From the NCBI GenBank assembly GCA_036918135.1, contig JBALDB010000067.1, positions 160,001-224,000 of the forward strand: 64,000 bases of DNA, in the 5' to 3' direction. Shown piece by piece: positions 21,301 to 31,800 of the stretch. How positions within the stretch are numbered: position 1 is the first letter of the stretch; each line of letters begins with the position of its first letter. The translations under genes were made by a program, and so were the position numbers. The notes under the pieces were generated by a model. The model was not told the origin of the DNA. It was given only the letters and a program-made list of their open reading frames with translations, and made no database searches. The stretch comes from Nostoc sp. (GTDB lineage: Bacteria; Cyanobacteriota; Cyanobacteriia; Cyanobacteriales; Nostocaceae).

Positions 21301-24300
21301 CATTCATGAAAATTTCTTTGAAGTAGGTGGACACTCTCTATTAGCAACGCGTCTAATTTCCCAGATTAGGCAGGTTTTTCAGATAGAGCTTCCTTTACGT
21401 TCTGTATTTGAAAAACCAACAATAGCTGAGCTGGCTAAAGAGATTGAAAAAGCCACCAAGATTAGCTTAGGAATTGATACACCAAACATTGAGCGAATTT
21501 CACGTTTGCAAGAGTTACCCCTATCCTTTGCTCAGCAACGGTTATGGTTCCTTGCTAATTTAAATCCAAACAGTTCTTTCTACAATATTCCTGCTGCTGT
21601 TCGGCTACAGGGGGAATTGAACCTCAAAGCACTACAACAAAGTTTCAATGAAATTCTTTGCCGTCACGAAGCCTTGCGAACCAACTTTCAAACAATCGAA
21701 GGGCAACCCATAGCAATCATTTCATCAGCGACACTAGTACCTTTGTCTATATTTGACATTAGTGAATTACCCGCAAATCAACGAGAAGTTCAAGTCAGAC
21801 AGCAAGCATTAGCAGAAGCACAACAACCTTTTGACTTGAAGAGCGACCTGCTGCTGCGGGTGAAACTACTACGACTAAGCGAACAAGAACATGTAGTGTT
21901 ATTTACAATGCACCACATTGTCTCTGACGGTTGGTCGATAGGTGTGCTAGTGCGTGAATTGGTAGCACTTTATCAAGCCTTCTGCGAGCAACAACCCTCT
22001 TTGCTAGCTCAACTACCTGTTCAGTATGTAGACTTTGCAGCTTGGCAACGACAATGGCTACAAAAAGAGGCGCTACAATCCCAGCTATCTTACTGGTTAA
22101 AGCAGTTACAAGGGGCACCAAAAGTACTGGAATTACCCACAGACTATCCACGTCCTCCTGTTCAGACCTTCCGGGGTGCGACCTATTCATTTGAGCTATC
22201 CGATAAATTATCGGTAGCCTTGAATAAATTCAGCCAGCAGCAAGGAGCCACTCTATTCATGACCTTGCTGGCAGCTTTCCAGACTTTATTATGGCGCTAC
22301 ACAAGCAGTGAAGATATTATGGTCGGTTCACCCATCGCTAACCGCAATCGGGCAGAAATCGAAGGGTTAATTGGATTTTTTGTCAATACTTTGGTACTGC
22401 GAACTAATTTTGCGGGTAATCCTACCTTTGAGGAGCTACTAGCTCGTGTTCGGGAAGTAGCATTAGGAGCCTATGTACATCAGGATTTGCCTTTTGAACT
22501 GTTGGTAGAAGAACTACAACCACAACGAGACTTGAGCCACGCACCATTATTTCAAGTGATGTTTGTGCTTCAGAATGCACCAATGTCAGATTTAAAATTA
22601 CCTGGTATAACTTTAAGTTCTCTAAAAATTGAAAGTGATAGTGCCAAATTTGATTTGACTTTAGAGATGGCAGAAACAGCGCAGGGACTATTTGCCACTC
22701 TGGAGTATAATACCGATTTATTTGAGGAAAGTACTATCAGCCGGATGGCAGGACATTTGCAGTCCTTGCTTGAAGGTATTGTTGCAAATGCCCAACGGCG
22801 GCTTTCGGAGTTACCACTGTTAACAGAACCGGAACAACACCAGTTATTAATGGAGTGGAATGATACTAACAGTGAGTATCCCCAACAAAAAACTATCCAC
22901 GAGTTATTTGAGGCGCAAGTAGAACGTACACCCGAAGCAATAGCAGTAGTATTTGAAGAAGAACAACTAACCTATGGCGAACTCAACGCCAGAGCCAACC
23001 AACTAGCCCACCATTTGCAAGCTTTAGGTGTAAAACCAGAAGTATTGGTGGGAATATGTGTAGAGCGATCGCTTTGGATGGCGATCGGCATCTTAGCCAT
23101 CCTCAAAGCAGGTGGCGCATATGTACCACTAGACCCTACCTATCCTCAACAACGTCTAGGCTTCATCCTAGAAGATGCTCAAATATCAGTATTACTAACA
23201 CAGCAGCACCTCAAACAGAATTTGCCCCAACATCAGGGCTTTATTGTTTGTCTAGATACTCAGTGGCAAACAATAACTCATCAAAGACAACAAAACCCAA
23301 TCAGTGAGTGTACGACTGAGAACTTGGCTTATATTATTTATACATCCGGTTCCACAGGTCAACCCAAAGGGGTGTTAGTTAATCACAGCAATGTTGTTCG
23401 TTTATTAGCAGCAACTCAATGTTGGTATCACTTTAATCAAGATGATGTATGGACATTATTCCACTCCATAGCCTTTGATTTCTCGGTTTGGGAACTTTGG
23501 GGTGCGTTGGTGTATGGTGGAAAGTTAGTAGTAGTACCATACTGGTTGAGTCGTTCACCACAAGAGTTCTACAAATTGTTGTTCACACAGCAAGTCACAA
23601 TACTCAACCAGACGCCTTCAGCTTTTTCACAACTGATACACGCAGAAGAATCGTTGGCAAATATTAGTAAATTAAGCTTACGAAAAGTGATTTTTGGTGG
23701 AGAAGCATTGCAACTTGAGAGTTTAAGACCTTGGTTTGAACGTCATGGCGACCAGTTTCCCCAGTTAATCAATATGTACGGAATTACAGAAACAACCGTG
23801 CATGTGACCTATCGTCCGCTAACGATGCTAGATTTACAACTAGGATCGGCAAGTGTGATTGGGCGTCCGATTGCTGACTTACAAGTTTACTTATTAGATG
23901 AATATCTACAGCCAGTACCGATTGGCGTACCAGGTGAAATCTATATTGGTGGTGCTGGTGTAGTACGGGGTTATTTAAATCGACCACAATTAACACCTGT
24001 TAAATTTATTCCCAATCCCTTTAGTAATAAACCAAATGCACGTCTTTATAAATCCGGTGATTTAGGTCGATATTTAGCCAATGGAGATATTGAATATTTA
24101 GGTCGTATTGACCAGCAAGTCAAAGTCCGTGGTTTCCGCATTGAGTTAGGAGAAATTGAGGCACTGATTAGCCAATACCCAGGAGTTAGAGAAACTGTGG
24201 TTGTGCCATCAGACACTCAAGGTTTAATCGCTTATTTAGTTCCACAAAAAGAGCAGACATTGGTAATTAATCAACTGCGAGGCTTCTTGGAGTCTAAGTT

Positions 24301-24769
24301 GCCAAGCTACATGCTCCCAGGAGCTTTTGTATTACTACAAGCACTGCCCCTGACACCTAATGGCAAGGTTGACCGTAAAGAGCTACCTACACCTAATACA
24401 GTACGTCCCGATTTGGAAGCAGCTTACCAACCACCCCAAACCGAGGTAGAAAAAACTATTGCTAATATTTGGCAAGAAATACTGAATGTTGAGAACATAG
24501 GAATTGATGATAACTTCTTTGAACTTGGTGGTCATTCATTGCTTTTAATTCAAGTTCATAACAAATTGCGTGGAATATTTAAGAGCGATTTATCTGTTCT
24601 CGATTTATTTAGATATCCGACTATCAGCTCTTTAGTAGATTATTTTCATCAAGTCAAAAATGGAAACCCATCTTTTGGTGCAACAGATATTGTCAGTGAA
24701 AAAATTGAAGCTGGTAAAGCTCAACAGAAAAAGCGTCTTCAAAAAATGAAATCTATTGAAAATATTTAA
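18305..24769 (+). CDS. Bimodular NRPS C(DCL)-A[Ser]-T-C(LCL)-A[Thr]-T
   Basis: N-terminal KNIEDAYPLSPMQ (post-E type C); codes DVWHMSLVDK (Ser-type) and DFWNIGMVHK (Thr-type); two GGHSLL carriers. Confidence 0.95.
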   Translation: MSLKNIEDAYPLSPMQQGMLFHSIYAPNSGVYVEQMWFELHGALNVTAFSQAWQQVIKRHPVLRSACVWENLEKPLQVVCREVKFPWQELDWREIPATEQQQHLETFLQADRQHGFLLSQAPLMRFTLIRLAEQVYHFCWSHHHLLLDGWSGPNVYEEVIAYYKAFCQGENLYLAVPRPYRDYIAWLQQQDVSQAEAFWRKTLSGLTSPTQLGISSIGYQSEQQEDYKEQELKLSPTTTAALNSFVKQHQLTLNTLVQAAWALLLSRYSGEEDIVFGATVSGRPPALINAESMVGLFINTLPVRVQVNPKQELLPWLQQLFAQQVEAGQYEYAPLVDIQKWSEIPANLSLFDTIVVFENYPLDERLSQPDLNVKIKNIQVFEKTNYPITLSIIPSRELLFKIAYQQSDRFDVFSINQMLGHLQTLLEGMVANPYQRLEQLSLLTSAEQQLLEKWNNTQTEYPQEKTIHELFEAQVERTPDAVAVVFEDEQLTYSELNARANQLAHYLRTLGVKPEVLVGICVERSLWMVIGLLAILKAGGAYVPIDPSYPKQRLAFMLEDSQPRVLLTQQQLVETLPTHAAKLICIDSDWELIAQYSKQNPVCHLTLDNLAYVIYTSGSTGKPKGAMNSHRGVCNRLLWMQDTYQLTATDRVLQKTPFSFDVSVWEFFWTLITGARLVVAQPQGHRDSKYLVNIIRQQQISTIHFVPSMLQVFLEAENLENCRSLVRVMASGEALPAQLQQHFFHRLDAQLHNLYGPTEAAVDVTFWACRQHSLEENNISLQKTVAIGRPIANIQIYLLDGHLNCVPVGVTGELYIGGVGVGRGYLNRPELTAEKFIPNPFSQQPGRLYKTGDLARYLANGEIEYIGRIDHQVKIRGFRIELGEIEASITQHPAVRETVVVADAQRIVAYVVLHAEQTLAISQLRNFLESKLPSYMLPAAFVFLEALPLTPNGKIDRKALPIVGLTQLIPESYFVPPSTPIEEMLVTIWAKVLGIEKISIHENFFEVGGHSLLATRLISQIRQVFQIELPLRSVFEKPTIAELAKEIEKATKISLGIDTPNIERISRLQELPLSFAQQRLWFLANLNPNSSFYNIPAAVRLQGELNLKALQQSFNEILCRHEALRTNFQTIEGQPIAIISSATLVPLSIFDISELPANQREVQVRQQALAEAQQPFDLKSDLLLRVKLLRLSEQEHVVLFTMHHIVSDGWSIGVLVRELVALYQAFCEQQPSLLAQLPVQYVDFAAWQRQWLQKEALQSQLSYWLKQLQGAPKVLELPTDYPRPPVQTFRGATYSFELSDKLSVALNKFSQQQGATLFMTLLAAFQTLLWRYTSSEDIMVGSPIANRNRAEIEGLIGFFVNTLVLRTNFAGNPTFEELLARVREVALGAYVHQDLPFELLVEELQPQRDLSHAPLFQVMFVLQNAPMSDLKLPGITLSSLKIESDSAKFDLTLEMAETAQGLFATLEYNTDLFEESTISRMAGHLQSLLEGIVANAQRRLSELPLLTEPEQHQLLMEWNDTNSEYPQQKTIHELFEAQVERTPEAIAVVFEEEQLTYGELNARANQLAHHLQALGVKPEVLVGICVERSLWMAIGILAILKAGGAYVPLDPTYPQQRLGFILEDAQISVLLTQQHLKQNLPQHQGFIVCLDTQWQTITHQRQQNPISECTTENLAYIIYTSGSTGQPKGVLVNHSNVVRLLAATQCWYHFNQDDVWTLFHSIAFDFSVWELWGALVYGGKLVVVPYWLSRSPQEFYKLLFTQQVTILNQTPSAFSQLIHAEESLANISKLSLRKVIFGGEALQLESLRPWFERHGDQFPQLINMYGITETTVHVTYRPLTMLDLQLGSASVIGRPIADLQVYLLDEYLQPVPIGVPGEIYIGGAGVVRGYLNRPQLTPVKFIPNPFSNKPNARLYKSGDLGRYLANGDIEYLGRIDQQVKVRGFRIELGEIEALISQYPGVRETVVVPSDTQGLIAYLVPQKEQTLVINQLRGFLESKLPSYMLPGAFVLLQALPLTPNGKVDRKELPTPNTVRPDLEAAYQPPQTEVEKTIANIWQEILNVENIGIDDNFFELGGHSLLLIQVHNKLRGIFKSDLSVLDLFRYPTISSLVDYFHQVKNGNPSFGATDIVSEKIEAGKAQQKKRLQKMKSIENI

Positions 24770-24810
24770 GGATGGATCGAATGAGCTAGTCAAAAGTAAC
24801 CAAAAACCTA

Positions 24811-24945
24811 CCTAAGTAAATTGGTACAATAAAACCCTTTTCCCTCTTGCCCCCTGCCGACGCTCGCAGACTTGCTAACGCTGCGCTATCCTGCCTCCTG
24901 CCTCATGTCAACGATAAATTTTCCCACCCACCTACCTATACCTAA
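24811..24945. repeat. Composite cyanobacterial intergenic repeat (STRR-like CCTGCCT units interrupted by a short dispersed repeat-like segment)
   Basis: GC-rich island in an AT-rich spacer: ccctcttgccccctgc-cgacgctcgcagacttgctaacgctgcgctat-cctgcctcctgcctc, ending near cccacccacctac. It resembles Nostocales dispersed repeats from recall; not searched. Confidence 0.5.
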
Positions 24946-25131
24946 GCTATAATTATTACTTTTTTCTGGGAGTCATCTGCCAACAGAAAAATTTAATCCT
25001 GTAAAACTGTTGACAAAATACTCATCATCTGAAATTTTTACAAATGTATATTGACGAATAAATATAGCTAAACAATCGCGATATTCACAGATTGTTCTAG
25101 AATTCTTCAACTCCCTTTGTAAATAAAAGGT

Positions 25132-25202
25132 GATAATTACTTGTAATTAATTCTCGATTAGCTGTAAAATATTTTTTCGGCTTGATAGTAATTTATCTCA
25201 AT
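25132..25202 (+). promoter_or_regulatory. Putative promoter and Fur-like operator upstream of the TonB receptor
   Basis: Perfect inverted repeat TAATTAC-tt-GTAATTA (25134-25149) within GATAATTACTTGTAATTAA. It overlaps a candidate TTGTAA-N18-TAAAAT (25141-25170). A second weaker site GATAGTAATTTATCTCAAT lies at 25184-25202. Confidence 0.5.
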
Positions 25203-25276
25203 TAATAAGCAGCTATTTGCTGCATGATGGCATTATTCTTCAGTCAGATGATATTGACGGGTGTGTGGAGTAGTAA

Positions 25277-27907
25277 ATGAAGCCAAAGCTGTTACCAAAA
25301 ATTTTCTTAGTAGTGAGTTCTATTTCGTTTTGGGGTGCAATGAGCGCTACTGCTCAAGAAATACCCAAGCAAGAGGTAGAAAGAAAGTCTGTTGCATCGG
25401 TAGTTCACAATTCCAAGTTAATCAAACAGATTCGCCAATTCTCTGAGATAGAGCATCCCAAGACAAACGCCCAAATGTTAGTGCAGTCGCCAGCACCCTC
25501 ATCAGAAATTGTGCAGGTTACAGGAGTTAAAGCTACTCCCACCGACAAAGGTGTGGAAGTGATTTTACAGACTTCCAAAAGCGCGCAACTGCGAATCACA
25601 AATCGCAGTACTGGGAATAACTTTATTGCTGATATACCTAACTCACAACTACGTCTACCTAATGGTGATGCTTTTACATTTCGTTCAGAAAAACCGCTTG
25701 CAGAAATTACTGAGATAACAGTTAGAAATCTTGATGCAAATACTATCCGGGTGACAGTGATAGGTAACACAGCACTGCCAACGGTTGAGTTATTTGATGA
25801 TGATACAGGTTTGGTTTTTGGGGTAGTATCTGCTGCAACTGCGACACAGCCACCAAACCAGCCGACGACTGAGACGAAGCCAGAGGAACCTACAGCACAG
25901 CAGGATCAACCGATTGAGTTGGTAGTGACGGGCGAGCAAGACGGCTATAACGTACCTGATGCCAGTGTGGGCACCCGAACCGACACACCTTTGCGCGATA
26001 TTCCCCAATCGATTCAGGTAGTACCGCAACAGGTGATTAAAGACCAGCAAGCAACTCGCCTCACAGAAGTGTTAAAAAATGTGCCGGGTGTTGTAGTAGG
26101 AGGTCGAAGCCCTCGCGATCCTCTCAATATCTATACTATTCGCGGCTTTAGTGCTTTTTCAGATACTCTACTCAATGGGGTACAAGACCGTTCAATCGGG
26201 AGTGTCGGGTTTGGCTCTAATGCAAATGTTGAGCGGGTTGAAGTGCTTAAAGGACCCGCTTCGGTTCTATTCGGTCAAGGCGGACTCGGCGGCGTAGTCA
26301 ATATAGTAACCAAGCAACCATTGCGCGATCCGTTCTACTCCGTGGAAGCCTCTGCTGGCAACTACAATGCCTATAACGGTGCAATTGATTTATCTGGGCC
26401 GTTGAATGACAGTAAAACGGTGTTGTATCGCCTAAATGCTTCTGCTGGAACAACCGAAAGCTTTATTGATTTCTACAATCAACAGGAATATCTAATTGCA
26501 CCTAGTATAAGCTGGCAAATTAGTGACAGAACAAAGCTGACCCTAGAAGCAAGCTATTCTCTTGCACAAGGGCCCTATGATTTTGGAATACCAGCACAGG
26601 GAAGTATACTGCCTAACCCCAATGGCGAAATTCCTCGTAATCGTTTTCTGAGTGAACCTGGTTTCAATAACGCGGCTAATGGTGCATTTCGGATTGGTTA
26701 TAACTTTGAACATCGCTTTAGCGAGAACTGGCAAGCACGGAGCGTTTTTCAGACTTCTTTGTTTCACCTGAGACGAAATATTGTGTTTCCTTTTGGATTA
26801 GAAGATGATTTGCGTACTGTAGGTAGAGGGATTGAGGATTTTGACTACGATGAAAATGCTTATAATCTTGACAATTATGTGGTCGCTAAGTTGACAACAG
26901 GTAGTATCAAGCATCAGCTAGTTGCTGGATTTAACTTGAGTAGAACTGACACTAATACTAACGATATCTACAGTGACACTACTCCTCTGGATATTTTTAA
27001 TCCTGTGTATGGAAATATTACAGAAAATTTTCTTCCAGATTATAATTACCAAAGTAGGCAGCAACAATTAGGTTTTTACATTCAAGACCAAATCACCCTA
27101 GCAGAAAACTTAAAAGTACTTTTGGGTGGGCGCTATGACATTGCCAATTCAAAGTTTAGAGATTTATTCAATCAAACAAGCGACTTTAGCCAAGCAGAAG
27201 CTTTTAGCCCCCGTGTTGGAATTGTTTACCAGCCCATTCAACCGCTCTCACTCTACGCCAGCTATAGCCGTTCATTCAATTCGGGATCGTCTGCATTTGG
27301 TGTAGGTACACCACAACCAGAGCGAGGAACGCAGTATGAAATCGGGGTTAAAGCAGATTTGAGTAACCGATTAGCTGCAACCTTGGCATTTTATGATTTG
27401 ACTCGCACAAATCTACCAACCTCAGATCCAAACGATCCTCGATTAACAATTCTAGTTGGGGAACAGCGCAGTCGTGGGATTGAATTTGATGTTTCTGGCG
27501 AAATCTTACCGGGGTGGAACATCATTGCTGGCTATGCCTACACTGATGCAGTAATTACGGAAGATAACGACTTACCAGTAGGTAATCAACTGAATAATGT
27601 GCCAAAACATGCGCTCAACCTCTGGACAACTTACGAAATTCAATCTGGCAGTTTAAAAGGATTAGGTTTCGGTCTAGGAGCCTTTTTCTACGGAGACAGG
27701 AAAGCCGACTTAGTAGATAACACGGTTGAGTTACCTAGTTATATACGCACAGATGCAGCTATTTATTATAAGCGAGACAATTACCAGGCTGCGATCAATA
27801 TCAGGAATTTATTTGACAGTGATTATTTTGTCTCTGCACAAAACCTGAATCGGATTATACCTGGCGATCCCCTGACAATTCAGGGTACAATTACCTGGCA
27901 GTTTTGA
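25277..27907 (+). CDS. TonB-dependent siderophore receptor with N-terminal AMIN domain
   Basis: Signal peptide, AMIN-like region (VTGVKATPTDKGVEVIL), TonB box IELVVTGE, plug motifs TPLRDIPQSIQVV and VERVEVLKGPASVLFG, and C-terminal outer-membrane signature TITWQF. Confidence 0.96.
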   Translation: MKPKLLPKIFLVVSSISFWGAMSATAQEIPKQEVERKSVASVVHNSKLIKQIRQFSEIEHPKTNAQMLVQSPAPSSEIVQVTGVKATPTDKGVEVILQTSKSAQLRITNRSTGNNFIADIPNSQLRLPNGDAFTFRSEKPLAEITEITVRNLDANTIRVTVIGNTALPTVELFDDDTGLVFGVVSAATATQPPNQPTTETKPEEPTAQQDQPIELVVTGEQDGYNVPDASVGTRTDTPLRDIPQSIQVVPQQVIKDQQATRLTEVLKNVPGVVVGGRSPRDPLNIYTIRGFSAFSDTLLNGVQDRSIGSVGFGSNANVERVEVLKGPASVLFGQGGLGGVVNIVTKQPLRDPFYSVEASAGNYNAYNGAIDLSGPLNDSKTVLYRLNASAGTTESFIDFYNQQEYLIAPSISWQISDRTKLTLEASYSLAQGPYDFGIPAQGSILPNPNGEIPRNRFLSEPGFNNAANGAFRIGYNFEHRFSENWQARSVFQTSLFHLRRNIVFPFGLEDDLRTVGRGIEDFDYDENAYNLDNYVVAKLTTGSIKHQLVAGFNLSRTDTNTNDIYSDTTPLDIFNPVYGNITENFLPDYNYQSRQQQLGFYIQDQITLAENLKVLLGGRYDIANSKFRDLFNQTSDFSQAEAFSPRVGIVYQPIQPLSLYASYSRSFNSGSSAFGVGTPQPERGTQYEIGVKADLSNRLAATLAFYDLTRTNLPTSDPNDPRLTILVGEQRSRGIEFDVSGEILPGWNIIAGYAYTDAVITEDNDLPVGNQLNNVPKHALNLWTTYEIQSGSLKGLGFGLGAFFYGDRKADLVDNTVELPSYIRTDAAIYYKRDNYQAAINIRNLFDSDYFVSAQNLNRIIPGDPLTIQGTITWQF

Positions 27908-27925
27908 GCAAACCCTCTAGACATC

Positions 27926-27956
27926 CTACGCTTCTATTTATCACGATGAAGCGTAG
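27926..27956 (+). terminator. Stem-loop directly after the receptor gene (terminator or mRNA stabiliser)
   Basis: CTACGCTTC-N13-GAAGCGTAG, a 9-bp perfect stem starting 19 nt after the stop. No clean U-tract follows. Confidence 0.4.
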
Positions 27957-28185
27957 CGCCTTCACTTTAATTGAGTAACGCCAAAACTTTTTTAGGCGAT
28001 CGCGTCTTACTCTTAAGAGGTCATTTGCACGCAATATATACGATTCGTCTTTGAACCTAAAATGAGAATAGATACTATTACTTGGAAATGGCCCGTTTTA
28101 TATCTAAATATCATAGTAAATAGCTTCTGATAAGTAACACTGATAAGTCTCAAACTTTTGATACTTAATCACGATATTTTATCTG

Positions 28186-28214
28186 TTGCTAATGCTAATA
28201 ATTATCGTTATGAT
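28186..28214 (+). promoter_or_regulatory. Sigma70-type promoter overlapped by a Fur box
   Basis: TTGCTA(28186-28191)-N17-TATGAT(28209-28214). GCTAATGCTAATAATTATC (28188-28206) matches the classical Fur consensus GATAATGATAATCATTATC at 16/19. Confidence 0.75.
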
Positions 28215-28876
28215 GATTTAGGCTAATTAAAAAAGTTGCAATCAAAACGATAAAATTAGCTTAAGAAATCATTAGTAATTAGTATTTAGGTAGTCTCAAT
28301 AGTTGGTTAAACTAATTATTGTCTTTAGTTCAGTGAACTAATCAATAGTAACCTGACTTTTATCGTCTATACTGCTGGTTAAAGAGGCAAATCTAAAGAC
28401 GTGTAAATTACTGTCCTATGGAAACATTGAGTAGCACGAGAAACGGTAGTTGCTATTTGTTCTTGAAAACAGATTCTCGAAAGTTTAGTAATCTATTTAG
28501 TTCTTCAAAAAAAGCAAATACTGACAATTTTGCTACTACGCATCATTGGAAAGTCAAAGCTACCAATCTATTAAATATCTGACTACATTAATCCTGTCAG
28601 AGTTGTAATTAATAAACCGCCTTCTCTACGAGACATTATGCGAATAGGCAACAAACGTATCAGAAGATGCCAATAAAATAAATAGAAGCTTTCATATTTT
28701 ATTTATGATTAGTGTAGAGGCTATTTAGCTAATTTTTTAATCAAGTCAAAAATCAAAAAACCATCCTTTTGTGTAATAAATATTGTCAACTAAAAAAGAT
28801 AAGCTGATAAATATCAAAAATAAACCATCCTCCAAAAATTAAATATTTTAAAAAGATTTAAGGATTAAGCGAACTT

Positions 28877-31800
28877 ATGAGTGTTGCGATGCCTAATTCT
28901 CTGAATGGTTCAGAAATAGCAGTTATCGGCTTAACAGGGTGTTTCCCTGGAGCAAAAAATATTGATGAATTCTGGGAAAATCTCCAACAAGGTAGAGAAT
29001 CAATCTCTGTTTTTACTGACGAAGAACTGTTGTCATCAGGTATAAGTTCGTCAACATTAAATGATCCTAATTATGTAAAAGCACACGCTATATTAGAAGA
29101 CGCAGAATTATTTGACGCTTCATTCTTTGGCTTTAATCCCAGAGAAGCAGAAATTACCGATCCCCAGCATCGAATTTTTCTAGAGTGTGCTTGGTCAGCT
29201 TTGGAAAGTGCTGGATACGATTCGCAAACTTATAAAGGTGCTATTGGTGTTTATGGTGGCTCTAGTTTGAGCAGCTACTTACTTAATATTTATCTAAATC
29301 AAAATATTATAAATTCTATCGATCCTCAACAACTGACAATAGCAGCTAATAAAGATTATTTAACTACTCGCGTTTCTTACAAACTCAATTTAGAAGGGCC
29401 AAGTTACGCAGTGCAAACTGCCTGCTCAACTTCATTAGTTGCTGTTCACTTAGCTATCATGAGCTTGCTCAATGGCGAATGTGACATTGCTTTAGCTGGT
29501 GGTGTTGCTATTAATGCAGAAAGAAAAGCTGGATATATGTATACAGAAGGAGGAATAGCGTCTCCTGACGGACATTGCCGTACCTTTGATGCTAAGGCAA
29601 AAGGGTCTGTAGGCGGTGAGGGTGTGGGCATTGTAGTGTTGAAGCGATTAGAAGATGCTTTAAACGATCGCGATCGCATTCATGCTGTAATCAAAGGATC
29701 GGCAATTAATAACGATGGTTCATTCAAGGTAAGCTACACAGCACCCCGCATCGATACTCAAGCAAAGGTGATTAGAACAGCCCAAATCGTAGCTGAAGTA
29801 GAACCTGAGACAATTACTTACATTGAAGCTCACGGTACAGCAACAGTCTTAGGAGATCCCATCGAAATTGCCGCCCTGACACAAGCTTTTCGCTCTAGTA
29901 CCCAAAAGAAAGGATTCTGCGCCATTGGTTCGGTTAAAACCAATATTGGGCATTTGGATACTGCGGCTGGTGTAACGGGACTTATCAAAACCGTTCTAGC
30001 CCTCAAGCACAAACAAATACCACCCAGCTTACACTTTGAGCAACCTAATCCGGAAATTGACTTTGCTAATAGTCCCTTTTACGTCAATACTACACTTGCC
30101 CAATGGCAGACGCATGGCACACCTCGACGTGCAGGAGTTAGTTCTTTTGGACTTGGAGGAACCAATGCCCATGTAATTCTTGAAGAAGCCCCAATTGTTG
30201 AACCTTCCAGTTCCTCTCGGACTTGGCAGTTGTTGATGTTATCTGCCAAAACAAGTTCAGCACTGGAAACGGCTACCACAAATCTAGCTAATTACTTCCA
30301 AGAGCATCCCGATTTAAACCTCGCGGATGTAGCTTATACATTACAAATTGGGCGCAGAGCTTTTGAGCATCGGCGCACAGTTGTCTGCCGAGATATTCAA
30401 GATGCTATCGACGCACTTCAAGATTCCAAACGAGTTCTCACCAGTACTCACAAAACTCAGGAACGCTCTGTTGCTTTCATGTTTTCTGGACTGGGAACCC
30501 ACTACGTTGATATGGGTCTCGAACTTTACCAAACTGAGCCAACATTTCGTGGCTGTGTTGACCAATGCTGCGAACTTCTCAAATCCCACCTAAGTCTGGA
30601 TTTGCGAGATATTCTGTATCCCAATAGAAACAGTGAGAATGGAAATAAATCAAATACTCTCTCTGGTGGGCTAGATTTGCGAAAAATGCTCGGTCGAACA
30701 ACGCAACCAGCAGATGTAGCCACGCAAAAACTCAATCAAACCGTTTATACCCAACCAGCTCTGTTCGTGATTGAATACGCTTTAGCTCAATTGTGGATAT
30801 CCTGGGGAATTCGTCCTACGGCAATGATTGGCTATAGCATCGGTGAATATGTCGCAGCAACTCTAGCAGAAGTTTTATCTTTGGAAGACGCTTTAACCTT
30901 GGTAGCTAAAAGAGCGCAAATGATTCAACAGTTGCCTGAAGGAGCAATGTTGGCAATTGGGCTTTCGGAAGCGGAAATACAGCCTTTGTTAAATGAAAAG
31001 ATTTCTTTATCTGCAATTAACGGCTCATCATTATGTGTGATTGCAGGTGCTACCGATGCTATTGAGGAAGTAGAACGACGGTTGAGTGAAAGAGGTTTAA
31101 TTGGTAAACGTTTACAGAGTTCTCATGCTTTTCATTCTGTGATGATGGAAGCGATCGCACCTAGCTTTTATAATTTAGTTCAAACATTCACTCTCAAACC
31201 GCCAACAATTCCTTATTTATCCAACGTTACCGGAACTTGGATTACAGCAGACCAAGCAACAGATCCGAGTTATTGGGTACAGCACCTCTGTCAAGCAGTA
31301 CGCTTTGCTTCGGGAGTGCAACAATTATCGCAAAAAGATAATCCGATTTTATTAGAAGTTGGCCCCGGTCAGGCATTGAGCAGTTTCGCACTGCAATGTC
31401 TAGAAAATGAGGATAGAACAACATCGGTGATATTGCCTTCCCTGCGGCATTCTTACGAGCAACAATCAGATGTTGCATTTTTAATCAATACATTGGGTCG
31501 CCTGTGGTTGGCTGGGGTAAAAGTAGACTGGTCTGGTTTTTATACCCACGAAGAACGCGGTCGCATTCCCTTACCGACGTATCCTTTTGAACGTCAGCGT
31601 TACTGGATAGATGCTAACCCTGAAGCTAATTTGGCAACGCCACTACAGAAAAAAACTAATATTACCGACTGGTTTTATATGCCCTCCTGGAAACGCTCTC
31701 CACAGATAACAGCAAAACCAGCACAAAAGTTATGTAATTTAGTATTTATTGATACTAATTGTATAGGTTCAGAAATTGTCAAACAGTTGGAATTACAAGG

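Noticed and set aside
24770..28876. IS element, CRISPR array, tRNA or riboswitch in the intergenic regions
   Set aside because: No transposase, regularly spaced repeats, cloverleaf or recognisable aptamer was seen by eye.
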